Source of the DNA: Octopus vulgaris
Taxonomy: Eukaryota
Length of the DNA: 64,000 nucleotides
Direction: 5' to 3'
Assembly (NCBI GenBank): GCA_951406725.2
Contig: OX597832.1
Span: 1,736,001 to 1,800,000, forward strand
Part shown: positions 1-16,421 of the stretch, one piece after another
Numbering within the stretch: position 1 is the first letter of the stretch
Layout of the letters: each line of letters starts with the position of its first letter
The notes under the pieces: model-generated
Databases searched by the model: none
Seen by the model: only the letters and a program-made list of their open reading frames with translations
Told to the model about the DNA's origin: nothing
Position numbers and translations under genes: made by a program

Positions 1-149
1 TTACCTGATTAAGTAAACTTAGCATATTGAAATATAATTCACTACTCTAAGCAGTAATATTTATTATGCTCTAAGGTACAAAGTATGTGTACGTGTGCGT
101 GTGTGCATGTGTATATATATATATATGTGTGTGTGTGTGTTTATTCATG

Positions 150-315
150 TATTTTATTCTTTTACTTCTTTCAGTAATTTGACTGCGGCCATACTGGAGC
201 ACCGCCTTTAGTCGAGCAAATCGACACCGGGACTTATTCTTTGTAAGCCTAGTACTTATTCTATCGGCATTTTTTGCCGAACCGCAAAGTTATGGGAACG
301 TAAACACACCAGCAT
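150..315 (-). mobile_element. SINE, 3' half (family A, resembles the octopus OK-type tRNA SINE with a central microsatellite)
   Basis: Near-identical blocks (GACTGCGGCCATRCTGGAGCACC...GTACTTATTCTATCGG...GTAAACACACCAGCAT) recur at 30130-30330 and 45810-46005, and in opposite orientation at 22770-22895. Family name is from memory. Confidence 0.7.
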
Positions 316-319
316 GTGT

Positions 320-779
320 TTTCTCTGTTAACCTCCTCCCACTATCATGTGATCCGTGACGGCCTCGACCGGACTAGTCACGATTTTCTCAGCTCTTCGC
401 TCTACCTCGCTCCCGTCTTTCTAGCCCTTTAGGGCAGTTTTTCATCTCTCCTTCGTGTTACCCATTTTTGTCTTGTCTTGCAGCCCTAAGGCTTTATTTT
501 TGTTTTTTGCTCTATATGTATTATCATTTTAATTGTTGTCTGCTGCCTATATTCTGTTTATTATCTTCTCCCTCGTCTTGCTTTGTTTTGCTTTGGTCCC
601 AATTCCGGCAAGTTTCTTGCCTGTGCCTCCAGAGTGGAATCAATATTATCGATAGTGGCCGAAATTGCGCTCGACCCTCTGATCGATAACTGAAGAAGAA
701 TTGGTGAACTTCCGTGTTTTCTGTTCGTCTGTGTATTTAGTATATGTTCGTATGTCTATTTACTACACATTTTTTTATT

Positions 780-876
<97 letters not shown>

Positions 877-931
877 GGTATGTCATATTTTCCGTTTGTT
901 GCCTTTTATTTAATTCTGAAAATATTATTTA
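320..931. repeat. Interspersed/tandem repeat unit, copy 1 (host of later insertions)
   Basis: Aligns by eye with 2540-3020 plus 4769-4839; the unit continues across the Helitron insertion at 2412. Confidence 0.75.
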
Positions 932-1751
932 CTAGCAGTATTGCCCGGCTAGTGCGCTCGTGCGTTCTATGCACGCGCGAATTAAGCTAAACTTGGATGA
1001 AGTTCAATCAAAATTCAATTATTTTGGTTTTAAAACCAAGCATTTAATGCCTTCTATTTTTGCGCTTATGTGTTCCATTTCCTCAATAGAAAGTATGTAG
1101 AAGCGTTTCATAAATTTTTGTTGATCAAATAATTGCATTGTTGAATTATTCTTTTAGATCAGTATTTCTCAACGGGGATTTCAGGGGAGAGATTCAGGGA
1201 GTCTCTGGCGATGTATCGTAATGATCAAAAATCCGGCCTGCTAAAATTTGGTTAAAGTGATTCAAACTGCAGACTCAACGCAAAATGGTCACATTTAATT
1301 CAAAGCGTTAAAAATGTTATGAAAACAATTGGTATGTGTCCACAAAGTCCAAACGATTAATACGAAAAAACCCTCCAGGCTACATCCCGAAAATTCATTT
1401 CTTTGTCGAATTTCTACAATGTTTACGGCGATTCGTTTTTATATCTTGAGTTTTTATTTTTTTCAACCAATTTACGCATGCTTGCACGCGTGGTGAACAC
1501 GGTTCACGTCAAACAGCTGACTGAGTAAAGTTCACTATTCAATGTATGGGATAAGGCCTTAACAAACACATTATCGATTTTTGTACTTGCGAGATGAATT
1601 TCGGAATAGAAATAGCGCAGTTCAATTTTCATTCGCCTAAATTTTAAGTGACCCATTTTTGGTGGTTCTACGATTTGTTGGCTAGGAGGAGATGTGCCGG
1701 GAAGTTAAACACACACACACACACACACAAGTTGAGTTTTATATATATAGA
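932..1751 (-). mobile_element. Non-autonomous Helitron-like element, unit A
   Basis: On the minus strand it starts TCTATATATATAAAACTC (1751) and ends in CTAG (935-932) after a GC-rich subterminal segment. Confidence 0.75.
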
Positions 1752-2411
1752 CTAGCAGTATTGCCCTGCTTTCTCTCTCATTCTCTATCTCACTCTCTCA
1801 CTATCACTCTAACTCTCTATTTCACTCTTTCTCTCTCACTCTCTCATTCTCTCTCTCTCTCTCTCTCATTCTCTCTCTCTCTCTCTCCTCTCACTCTTTC
1901 TCTCTCTCTCGCTCTCTATCTCACTCTATCGCTCTATTTCTCTCTCTCTCTCTCTCTCACTCTCTCTATCACACTCTCTGTCACTCACTCTCTCACTCTC
2001 ACTCTCTCTCTCTCTCACTCTCCCTCGGAAGACAAAGAATGACAAACAAAAGGATTAAGTCGATTATATCGACCCCAGTGTGCAACTGGTACAGTTTTAA
2101 TCGACCCTGAAATGATGAAAAGGAAAGCCAGCCTCGGCGGAATTTGAAATCAGAATGTAACTGAGTAAAGTTCACTATTCAATGCATGGGATAAGGCCTA
2201 AACAAACACATTATCGATTTTTGCACTTGCGAGATGAATTTCGGAACAGAAATAGCGCAGTTCAATTTTCATTCGCCTAAACTTTAAGTGACCCATTTTT
2301 GGTGGTTCTACGATTTGTTGGCTAGGAGGAGATGTGCCGGGAAGTTAAACATACAGACACACACACACAGATACACACACAGACACACAAGTTGAGTTTT
2401 ATATATATAGA
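1752..2411 (-). mobile_element. Non-autonomous Helitron-like element, unit B (head-to-tail with unit A)
   Basis: Same termini as unit A; 2160-2411 is nearly identical to 1520-1751; contains a (CT)n tract and a SINE fragment at about 2030-2160. Confidence 0.75.
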
Positions 2412-2503
2412 TGTAACGCACGCACTCATTAATTTTTGCCCATTTATAGAAATATTCATGGAATATTTTTGTGCCACTCTGTCTCTTTCTTTTACTTTGC
2501 TTA

Positions 2504-2541
<38 letters not shown>

Positions 2542-3020
2542 TTTTCTGTTACCCTCCTCCCACTATCACGTGATCCGTGACGGCCTAAAGCGGTGTCATT
2601 CTTTTTCGCATTGCCTTTGACCAGACTGGTCACGATATTCTGAACTCCTTGTTCTACCGTCTCTATAGTCCTTTGGGACAGTTTTTCATTTCTCCTTCGC
2701 GTTACCCATTTTTGTCTTGTCTTGCACCCCCAAGGATTTTTTGCTGTTTATTTATTATCATTTTAATTGTCTTCGTGTGGCCCTAACCCTTTATTTTGTC
2801 TATTGTCTCTCGTCTAGTTTTGTCTTGGTCCCAATTCCGGCAAGTTTCTTGCCTATGACTCCAGAGTGGAAGTAATATAATCGATAATGGCCGAAATTGC
2901 GCTCGACCATCTGGCCGATAACTGAAGAAGAGTTGGTGAGCTTTCTTGTTTTCCGTTCGTCTGTGTATTTAGTATATGTTCGTATGTCTATTTACTAAAC
3001 GTTTTTATTATATATATATT
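2412..3020. repeat. Repeat unit, copy 2 (interrupted at its (TA)n tract, resumes at about 4769)
   Basis: Homologous to 320-780; the downstream part TATGTCATATTTTCCGTTTG reappears at about 4790. Confidence 0.7.
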
Positions 3021-3877
3021 GAGATTCACCTGAATTAGGTACTTACGTTAAGATTTTTAAGTATAGGGACAAGAAAAGCCTGAATAATAATAGATTAGAC
3101 CTAAGGATACCTTGTGTACATAGTGTCACCCGTACATTTAAGTATTTTCGAAGCTAGCGAATATAGTTACCAAACTTGAACTTTGATGGTGGAAATTAAT
3201 TTTGATGTCGTATATGTTGTAAACTTACCCTCCAGTATTAAAAAAAAATCAAAGGATATTATGTTATATGGTGAATTATATTGCATTACATATGTTATAC
3301 GCTGTTTTGTGGTATTTGGTGTGCTATATGTAATACTATCCCATGATATCCTCTGTCTAGTTAGTCTGGCTTCATCCTATTTTGGTGATTATACTATTTT
3401 CCTTCTATGATGTTCTACCCTACAGATCATATTATGTATACTTGTAGTGACTTTATGTAAGTCTCCTTTTGACTATATGATATACCCACTAGAAACTATA
3501 AAATCATACATACAATAACACGTGTTACATTACAACTTATAAAATCTCTTCAGTCTGAATACCTTTAACTGCCCTCACTACTCCCATACCTATTACTGCT
3601 GTTTTCAGGTTACCTTTATCTTTTCCTTACCTCTAATTTTAATTCCGTCTCTTTATATGTAGGTTATATATATTTCTTATCATTTTCTGTAAATTCTTAA
3701 CAATTTGTTTTCTTATTTTGATATCCTTACTTATTAACCTCTTACCCCTTATAAATTGTTAATTTACTTGTTCTTCAATTATTATTTTTCAGTTACTTAA
3801 GTTAATGCGAGATATTTATACTATATCCATATAAACGTATAAATATTTGCGTATATGTATATATGCATATATGCACG

Positions 3878-3933
<56 letters not shown>

Positions 3934-4768
3934 CATTTTTACACTTTTCTGATTCATGGCTTAAAATTAATAGATAGTATTATATCTTTCCAGTTATTCC
4001 ATATATAAGTGTCTTGAGCAGTCTTTATAGAAACCACCTAATAAGTAATTAATTAAGTACATGAATGGATATTAAACTGATTCAATGCAATCTTCCTTTT
4101 TAATGTTTATAATTGATATACGCACACCTTCTACCTATTTTTGTTATATCATTTTTGAAATTCTTAAATTTTATTTTTATACAACATAACAATATCGTTT
4201 ATATACATTCTCTTAGATTTCTTAGCGACTAGCCCCTTTAACTGGTAATTAACACCATGATATAAATTCTACCCTGCCTCTTTTTATAAACAGTTACTTA
4301 TATGTCTTATTTCCTCCCTGGAAAAAATGGATACATATGATAATATTTATGACCATAACTAGCCATGAGCTGTCAACTCATTCTTGTCCTTTATTCAAAG
4401 CAGACACAGTCTTCTAGTCTTCGATTTAGTAGTCGACAAAGAGATAAATGGATTAGAAATGAATTACAACCCTTAAAACCCTATGACCCCACTATGATCC
4501 ATAGAAGTTGTAGACTATTCTTAGCTACACTAGCGACAATATGAATTTCTTCCACCTTCTTGCTCTGTTAAAATATTAAGAAAAATTATCTACTTGTTAA
4601 AATTCCATTTATTTATTTGTACACCTGAAGATGGCACTGCATTTAAATTGATATAATGATTGCATTGTTCAATTAAATGGAGTCGCTTGAAACGGTCGTA
4701 CTGAATTACTACTTGATATCCTGTTGCTTATTTTGATTATATATATGACCATTCCTAAATACAACAAT
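3021..4768 (+). mobile_element. Highly decayed Penelope-like insertion
   Basis: Splits repeat copy 2 at a (TA)n tract; hammerhead-like motif near its right end; weak PYDP..CRL remnant near 4470-4520. Confidence 0.45.
4619..4702 (+). ncRNA. Hammerhead ribozyme motif (degenerate)
   Basis: CTGAAGA at 4625, long hairpin stem II, GAAAC-GGTC-GTA; stem I is poor. Confidence 0.5.
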
Positions 4769-4867
4769 ATATATATATATGTATACAGATATGTCATATT
4801 TTCCGTTTGTTTTTTATTTAATCTTGAAAATATTATTTATGTAACGCACGCAGTCGTTAATTTCTTA

Positions 4868-4919
<52 letters not shown>

Positions 4920-4920
<1 letters not shown>

Positions 4921-5765
4921 TAGCTGAAGTTGACCCGCTCTATGCGCGGGTGAGTGTGTGGTTGTTACTTTCTGTTTCTTATCGCAACATTCTCCCTCTT
5001 TGTTTCTCTCTCCTTTCTCACTTTCCCACTCTCTTACTCTTCCTTTCTCTTGGACTCTCCCTCGCTTTCTCTTACTCTCTATCTTTCTCTATCTATCTAT
5101 CTCTCCCATTTATAAACAACAAAAGATCTTGAGTAGGTTGAGAGAGAAAATATTTTGATAGATCAATCATGATATCAGGCAGTGACAACGGAAAGGTCTG
5201 TTTCAAGGCAGATAGCAAAACACTAACATTTAAAAGGGACAGACGAACTTGCGAGCTGAATAAAAATAAAAAAATATAGGAAACCAAAGTTTGAAGGGAT
5301 AGAATCTGAAGATAGTAGACACGCCATGGCTGGCATTTCTTAACGACGGACAGCAACGTAGTGGCAGTTTAACGGCTGGCGCAAAATTTTGAACTTGATG
5401 TAAAAGAAAATTCCTAAACACCAAGTTTTGAAGGGATTCTTTCTCACGACAGTAGACTCACCATGGCAGGCATTCAAAACTTCTTCATGACGGACGGCAA
5501 CACTTTGACGATTTGAAGGCTGGTGCAAATCTTTTAGCTTGATATAACAGAGAATTCCTAAACACCCGCTCCTGTAAATTTTAATCCCCTTCCAGCCCCA
5601 TTTAGACCCCTTTTCACATTTTGGTTAATATAACCCGATTTCAATCGGTTCTACTTGGACAACATTTTAAAACATGAGGTATTTTGTCCTAGAGGTCATG
5701 CCTTTCATTTGAGGAAAAAAATAGTTGCCATGCAAACTCGCCAGCACTTTTAACATAGATGTGGA
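4920..5765 (-). mobile_element. Non-autonomous Helitron-like element (second family)
   Basis: Minus-strand 3' end has hairpin ACCCGC..GCGGGT about 9 nt before CTAG (4923-4920); degenerate TC-start near 5765; internal tandem duplication of about 130 bp at 5285-5560. Confidence 0.6.
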
Positions 5766-5799
5766 TATTTTCAGCTCAACCGACCACATAATGCACACA

Positions 5800-5860
<61 letters not shown>

Positions 5861-5932
5861 TATATACGCATTATATGTGTGTGTACGTGTTATATATACA
5901 AATGTATACAAATTATACACACATACACACAC

Positions 5933-5963
<31 letters not shown>

Positions 5964-6059
5964 GATATATACACTTTGTATATATATACATTATATATAC
6001 ATATTTATATATAGATACACACACACACACATATATATAAATTAATCCAATAAATATCT

Positions 6060-6148
6060 GATTCATAATATTTGTTCTCATGATTGCGTGGTTGTGGCGA
6101 TAATAATTCTCTCTATGAATGCAGACAGACGTACAGAGAGAGAGACAC

Positions 6149-6184
<36 letters not shown>

Positions 6185-6570
6185 GTGGTAGAAAGACTGA
6201 CAGAGCTGGCGAAGGTGGCGGGAGAAAGAGAGTGGAAGCTGTCAAATGGAGTTATAGAAAGAAATTGGAGGGAAGGGAGGAAAGAGAGAGAGACAGAGGA
6301 AGACAGGCAGATTTGAGGAGAGAAACGACAATTCATAATATTTGTTCCCATGATTGTGTGGTGGTGGTAGCGATAATAATTCCCTTTATGAATGCAGACT
6401 GACGTACACAGAGAGAGACAGGGGGAGGCGGTGGAAGAAAGAGTGACAGCGCTGGCAAAGGCGGCAGGGGAAAGATAGTAGAATCTGTCAAACGTCGTTA
6501 TAGAGAGAACGTGAAGGGAAGGGAGGAAAGAGAGAAAGATGGAGGAAGACAGGTAGATAAGAGAAAGAGA
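6060..6570. repeat. Two diverged tandem units of about 270 bp, rich in GA
   Basis: ATTCATAATATTT..GCGATAATAATT..ATGAATGCAGAC occurs at about 6061 and 6331. Confidence 0.6.
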
Positions 6571-6788
6571 GAAACGAAAAACATTTGTCAAAGTGTGGTT
6601 TTTTTGCCCTAGTAACCACAGCTTTTAAGATAGGGATTTCTAATCTAGTCCACTCACAACCTTGCCACTTTTTACATGTCCCTGTAAGTTTTGGAGTGAA
6701 TCCGACGGGATCTAGTGCCTTTTAACCCGTTCCAATGCCAAAACCAGACAATCAAGCAAACTTTTCGCATTTCAGATTTATAGATATG

Positions 6789-6860
<72 letters not shown>

Positions 6861-6896
6861 TTAAGAGGAATGACCACTAAAGTGGAATCCTATACG

Positions 6897-7245
6897 CTAA
6901 TTCAAACAAGTTTCCTGCGTTGGTATTCAGTTGAAGGTGATAGTGCTACTTTGTGAATCGAATTGAATTCTGCTCTTATAATCACCTCTACTGTTATTAC
7001 AGTCGAATCCTGGTTCTAAAATGTTCATTTTCATTACAGTGAATTGTAGAAGTTTTGTTCAATTTATTATTTTGGCTTCCCTTTCTAATTTAGTGGTTAT
7101 TCCTCTTATTAATTGTAATATAATTTTTAAATCTTCGGATTTTTTTTATATGCTAGACCACTGGTTTAAATGATGTTACTTGAATAATATCAATTTCTAC
7201 CCTCAGTGTTTCAATGATATATATATATATATATATATATATGAA

Positions 7246-7308
<63 letters not shown>

Positions 7309-7380
7309 TATATACGCATTATATGTGTGTGTACGTGTTATATATACAAATGTATACAAATTATACACACATACACACAC

Positions 7381-7411
<31 letters not shown>

Positions 7412-7645
7412 GATATATACACTTTGTATATATATACAATATATAAATATAAATCAGAAAGGGAAGCCAAAATAATAAATTGAACAAAACTTCTACTATT
7501 CACTGTAATGAAAATGAACATTTTAGAACCAGGATTCAACTGTAATAACAGTAGAGGTGATTATAAGAGCAGAATTCAATTCGATTCAGAAAGTAGCGCT
7601 ATCACCTTCAACTGAATTCCAAGGCAGGAAACTTGTTTGAATTAG
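6897..7645. repeat. Inverted repeat, arms 6897-7091 and 7450-7645
   Basis: Arms of about 195 bp are reverse complements with a few mismatches. Confidence 0.85.
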
Positions 7646-8544
7646 TTCACTTTGAAAACGTCGTAAGTGATGGACTCTTGATGAAACTGTAGCGACTAGG
7701 ATGCGTAATTGCATACAGAGCAATGTGTGGTTGTTGCAGTAGAAACATGTGTTAGTCATTGTCATATATGCTGTAGAAAACTTTTTAATAAAAAAAGGTT
7801 TGGATTGAATAAATCTCCGCTCTCCTCTTGGTTTTTAATTATATATGTGTATGTGTGTGTGCGTGTGTGTGTGTGTCTGTCTGTCTGTCTGTGTAAATAT
7901 ATATATATATATGCGTATGCACATACACATATATGTATGTATATGTATATATATATGTATACACACACACAAACACATATATGTATGTGTGTGCGTGTGT
8001 ATATGTGTATGAATGTGTGTGTGTGTGCATCCTACGTATGATTTTAAGCTACATTCGATAGTGGGACTCTGATTCGGTAGTTCCAGAGTTCTAAGAAATG
8101 TGAAACCATCATCTTTTAGTTGATACCTCTACTCTGACAAGGAGTAGTAGACGGGACTCTGTTATAGTCTTATCTCTAGATTTATTAACAGCCTAGGGAT
8201 ATCAAGCTTGACAGCAAATCAAAGTGTGGAATCTCTCAGATGCGCTCGTTGACACACTTCCTCCAACACCAGGGTGTGGGGGGGCTCTCCAGCCTTGTAA
8301 GGCCATTCCAATGCATAACCTATAGCTTGCTGGTAACTGCAGTCATCTTACAGCAGCTGAGCTACTATGACCACCCCTTCAGGCGTAAAGCGTTGATCGG
8401 ATGCACTGACTGGCGCTCACTTTAAAATTACTAAGCACAGACAGGAAGCAATGTGTTGCAACGTCAAGATTTGCTTTACATAGTCACTTCCTTCTTAGAC
8501 ACGAAAATGTCATTATGCGTATGTATGTATGTATGTGTATTTTG

Positions 8545-8622
<78 letters not shown>

Positions 8623-11600
8623 TGTGTGTGTATGTATGTCTGTATGTGTGTGTGAAATATATATATATGTGTGTGTGTATATTTATGTGTATATGTGTGT
8701 GTGTGTCTCTCTCTCTCTACGTATATGTGAATTGCATCCTTCAAGTGTCCTAGCTACTTCTTGAGCACTACATTCAACCCATTAATCATCCACGAACACA
8801 TTACTTAAATAACCGGTAAATTTAGCGGTGTAACACAATCGGACACACCAATTTTACATATTGAACACATTCCTGGCAACTGGTACGTTTATATTAACAT
8901 TATACAGCCATATACTCTGCAACCAAATATATATTTTTTTTATAGAAATTAGAGCCAGAACTGAAATTCGACAATAGGCAATTATAAACAGATTGTATTT
9001 TCAGACAAATATCACAAGGCATACTGAATTTCGGTTTCTAGTTGTAGTATTTTAGTACCCGATGTTTCGAGCTTATGCATTAGGAGGAGTCAAAAAAGTT
9101 AGTTACTGAAAGCGAATTCCTGAAATACTTTATTCACCAAATTAAGAAGACTTAACAGTTGAGAGTCACGTTGAATTCAAAGTCAGGTTCAACGCAGTAT
9201 TCATTTTTAATTATTAAAGAAAGATCGAAAATTGTAATATTTTGAAATATGAAAAGGGAACGAAAATATAGCGAAACAACTTCAGAGCATTTAATAACTT
9301 TTACATATTTATACGAAAAGTTATGAGTGAAGTGTGATGTCTTTAATATGTTCTCTTTACAAATCATGAATCTTTCTTTCCTGGCTTTAAAATTATAATT
9401 GTCATTACAGTGAAATTCAGCGTAAATTAGAGTGATAAGGTGAATATAATTTTAAAGTTAGAGACAAAGAGGTGGTGACTGCATTAGAGAGTAGGTCGTG
9501 TGTTTCGAGCAAAGATGGAGTTCAAAATGTAAATAACAGCAACATTTTTAGTAAGATATATTAGAATATTAAGAGATTAATAAGATTTGGGAATGACTGT
9601 TGTTGAGAGTATGGTTACATATATAGATATCGATATCGCGGCCTAACGATCATTATTTATAAGATTTTACCGAATTATTCAGTCAAAACCGTTTTTATTT
9701 TGTATAAACGTTATTTGTAATATGACATAAGCAACAACATTTCCTCTTCTGCAAAAGAGTTTTCACATTTTTGTGTTTGATTGTCTTAAGTGTTGAAATC
9801 GAAGTCCCAATGAAGTAAAAATCAGCAGGAAGCTTATAAATATTTAAAAGTTGAAAGTAGATGCTTAAAAGAGAAACTTTTTATAGCCGTATGAAATCCA
9901 ACCCACTCATTTGAAATAGACACTAAGTATTCTTTATCAGTTGTTATAAAACCGACGTCAGTTGAAACAAAAGATGCATAAATGATTTTCGTACGTCTTA
10001 AACACTCTATAGGAACGATAGGAAATAAATTTGAATAGTTATTTCAACCGTTTCGATACGAGGACAGCGACACATGTTATCCTTCTACTTACCACCAGGG
10101 AATGCATTTATACATCTAGCTTGTTTATAATAAACAGACAATTTCTTATATTCAAAGTACACTTATCCATAGAAGTAAGAGCGTTTTATTTCCGTCTTAC
10201 CAATTCCAATATTTTGGCTTGTATTACACAACAAAATTCACAGCTGAAATAGTCATAAACATAATTCTTGTTTCATTGTAGTAAGAAATTTTGTTCTTTT
10301 ATAGATGCATCTTTCAAGTGCTAATGTTTATCTTTTTAATTACTACTTTGAAACTAAATATTCGCATTGATTTACATTTGATTTACAACTACTGACATAA
10401 AGTTTTGAGTCAAACATTATTTTGTCAAAGGCAGAAAAATTCCAGAATTGGTAGTTATTGTAACTGGGTCAAAACCTCACTTTTCGAATTCAAAGGTCAT
10501 CTTTCATCTCCTCTTATACCTCTTGATTATAATATTGATCTCTTGATCAGTCAAACGAAATCAATTTAGGATATGATGCGTGATTCGTTAATAATTCCCA
10601 ATGTTTAACCCATATTCAGTGTTATTGAAGGCAGTAGTCCGTGAAGGGTTCGGCGAAACAAAATATTTTCAGGAAGAAAATATTTTCATATATTTTACAT
10701 TTATATTATATTGAAACAAGTATAACACATACAGGTAAACATACAAATTAACAAGTTATACATAATTTCTATGTATTAACTATCATTTGGATTTCAAAGG
10801 CTGAGAGTTAGGCCTAAAAGTACTCTCAGGTTTCTTGATTCCACGTAGAATAATATTCTAAAAAGTAATATTTGCTTGTTCATTATATTTTCAGAAATAT
10901 TTTGATTGCAATGTTTTCTGTCGAACGTAACAAATCTATGTTAGTTTAAAACATCAACAACAATAATTTTCCTAAAATATATTTTCAAAGCGTTCAGAAG
11001 TTTCTTCTTTCTACTTATAAATTGTTAAAAGAAATATTCATGTTTCATAGTTTAAATGTCGTAAATATCTTTATTACGATATGTACTTAATAGATATACT
11101 ATATGTGACTAAACAAGATTGTGCTGTTAATATTCTTGAAATATTTGTACATAGAGTATTGCCAAATATATATAGGATGCGATTATATGTTCATCGTCCA
11201 TAAAATCATGCGAAAATTATAATGAAAATTATAAAGTATAAAATATATAAAGTTAAAGTTAAAATATAAAGTTAAAATATAGAAAAATAGGTTTTACTTT
11301 TAAATCCAGATTTTTACACTATAGAAATTATTTTTATTGAATAATTCGAGGAATGAAAATTCAAAAATTGATAGTCAATTAAATTGTGGTCAGATTTCTT
11401 AAATTACTACTAGAATGCAGGTTTGTAGAAAAGTACAGCCTATTGAAATGACACCTGTATTTGCTTCATCGCCCTCAGAGCAGAATTTGAAATCATTACT
11501 TAAATAATGTAGTAGTCAACTGCTTCTATCATTTTACCTCCCCCTTTCAGCCAAGTAAAGTTTTCTATTTTTAACCCATATTTATTTCAATAATTAGATC

Positions 11601-13062
11601 TTAAAACCGATGTTGCAATTACTGTTCAAAAGAATTTCTGACACATTATAGAACTACAGATCTATTTCAGCTCAACACCGTGAAACTAACAAAAAAATCT
11701 CATCCACCTTTTTCTTTATTCGTCATTAATTTTTGGCATTCTCTAGAAGAGTGAAAATATATCCTTATCGTTTGACACTAACTCTGGAATGAAAATCTAT
11801 GCGAATGGAATTGTCTTTTGAATACAGGCGTGAATTGCTTTACTGGGAGAAAATAGAATCAGGCCTTCCTATAAGCCTCAAGTACAGTTAGCTATAATGT
11901 AACATGATCTCCAAAATATTAACTGGATTTGCCATATATCGCAAGAGAACGATTAAATTCAGCTTAGTTTGGCAGAATTCAATATAGAGTTCAAATATTG
12001 TCTGACAAAATCCAAATATCATCCCCTTGAAATAACATGGGTTCTCACCCACTTAACATTAATTTCTTCTACCGGCAGGAAAAAGTTGATCGCAGAATTT
12101 TATTCATTTTGATTTATTTACATTTGTATGGCTTAATCAAAGGAAGAAAGAGATCGTTCATCACTTTTGCAAGACCTCCAAGACTGGTGAAAGGTAATGG
12201 AGGGAGAAACGACGACTCATGGAAGTCGGATTCAGTACATCAAAATATCAAATTATCATTAGAGTGAGACAAGCAGTGATGTAAAACTTGACGATATGTT
12301 AAGTCTACCATCCAATACCACATTATTCCAGTAAAGAACTAGTGCTAATGTTATCGATCCTTTAAAGATTACAAACGGCTGATCCAGGCGGCGATATTTT
12401 AACAAAGAAAGAAAAGAGATGAATCAGATGCTGTAAAACATTTAGTTCTGCATTCTAACATTCCAGCAACTTTATTGATTAACTATCCTGCTGATACTAT
12501 GCGCGCAGACAGAAAGTAGTAAGCATTGCGAGGTTTTCCTTATGTAGAATTCTGAAGGTTTAATTCCACAATTATTTGATATAATTTTCTTGTTAGCTAA
12601 CGTTAATAGGGAGCTGTAGCAGGCCTTGGCGATTACGTGTTTGATATTACGACTCTGTTCACTTGCAAGGTTCTATATCGTTGACAAAATCTCTGTTTAT
12701 TTCACCTATAACTATAAATACTTGTGCACTTAACTAGTTTTTCGTTAGGGATTGGCTATCTCTGCTTTATTGAATTAGCTCATCAAAGAAAGATAATATA
12801 AATGTTTGTTTAGCACACTTATGCAATATAAACGATCGACTATCAATGTTGACTAACAATATTGTTACTAAGTGAATGTGTGAATAGTAGTTCACGATTA
12901 AAGCGTAAAAAGCTATTAAGATTACAACTAATTAGCTTTAAAATATTAAAACGCTAGTGTATTTGTGGCATTAAAAAGTACAAGATGTATTAATCATAGA
13001 GAAATATGTAGAATACAAAACTACGTCCTTTTACGACAAGGTTTACAAAAAGTATAAATATA

Positions 13063-13325
13063 GACGCAGGCGTGGATGTGTAGTGAGAAGTTTGCTTCCC
13101 AACCTCATGGTTCCGGGGTTCAGTCCCACAGCGTTGGACATTCAGCAAGTGTTATCAACTATAACCTCGGGCCGACCAAAGCCTAATGACTAGATTTGGT
13201 AGACAGAAACTGAAAGAAGCCCGTCGTGTGTGTGTATGTCTATGTGTGTGTGTGTGTGTGTCTTTGTTTGCGCCCCACATAACTTAGCAGTTCAGTTAAG
13301 AAACTGATTGAATAAGTACCGGTTA
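13063..13325 (+). mobile_element. tRNA-derived SINE family A, near complete
   Basis: A-box/B-box-like head (GTGGATGTGTAGTGAG..GGTTCAGTCCC), body ending GAAACTGAAAGAAGCCCGTCG, central (TG)n, shortened 3' half. Confidence 0.7.
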
Positions 13326-13371
13326 TCAAGTTGTGATGGGAGCAAAAACAGGCGCAAAGACACACACACAC

Positions 13372-13452
<81 letters not shown>

Positions 13453-13587
13453 TACACATATATACGACAGCTTTCTTTCAGTTTCCGTTTACGAAATCCA
13501 CTGACAAGGCTTTGATCGGCTCGAGGCTGTAGTATTCCGGCCTGAATAGCGAGAAATGTCCGAAGCTCTGCTTCTCAAGTGGGAATG

Positions 13588-16065
<2,478 letters not shown>

Positions 16066-16134
16066 AGGAAGAAGAAGAAGAAGAAGAAGAAGAAGAAGAA
16101 GAAGAAGAAGAAGAAGAAGAAGAAGAAGAAGAAG

Positions 16135-16345
16135 AATCCTTTCTATTGTAGACACAAGGCCTGAATTTTTTTTTTTTTGTCGGGTAAATCGATCACATGG
16201 ACCCCAGTACTTGACTGGCATTTAATTTAACGACGACCCAGAAAAGACGAAAGGCGAAATCGACCGCACCAGAATTTGAACTCAGAATGTAGCGATGGGT
16301 GAAATACTGCTAAGCATTTTGTCCAGCATGCTAACGATTCTGTCA
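16135..16345 (-). mobile_element. SINE family B
   Basis: Reverse complement of the TTCTGAGTTCAAATTC..GTACCAGT..CTGGGGTCGAT motif seen at 24010-24416. Confidence 0.65.
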
Positions 16346-16355
16346 GCTCAACGCT

Positions 16356-16421
<66 letters not shown>

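Noticed and set aside
655-700. GAAA...CTGAAGA (also about 2893-2930) and GAAAC...CTGATGA at about 29695-29730 as type II hammerheads
   Set aside because: Core boxes are present in permuted order, but I could not form stems II and III by eye.
7645-7672. tcact..GAAAACGTCGTA-agtga as a collapsed hammerhead
   Set aside because: The CTGANGA box and stem II are missing.
8800-13050. Possible host exons in repeat-poor AT-rich DNA
   Set aside because: No ORF with recognisable motifs or convincing splice pattern; small exons cannot be excluded.
13063-13135. Genuine tRNA genes here and at 26537-26612
   Set aside because: tRNA-like heads lack a full cloverleaf and continue into repeat bodies, so they are SINE heads.
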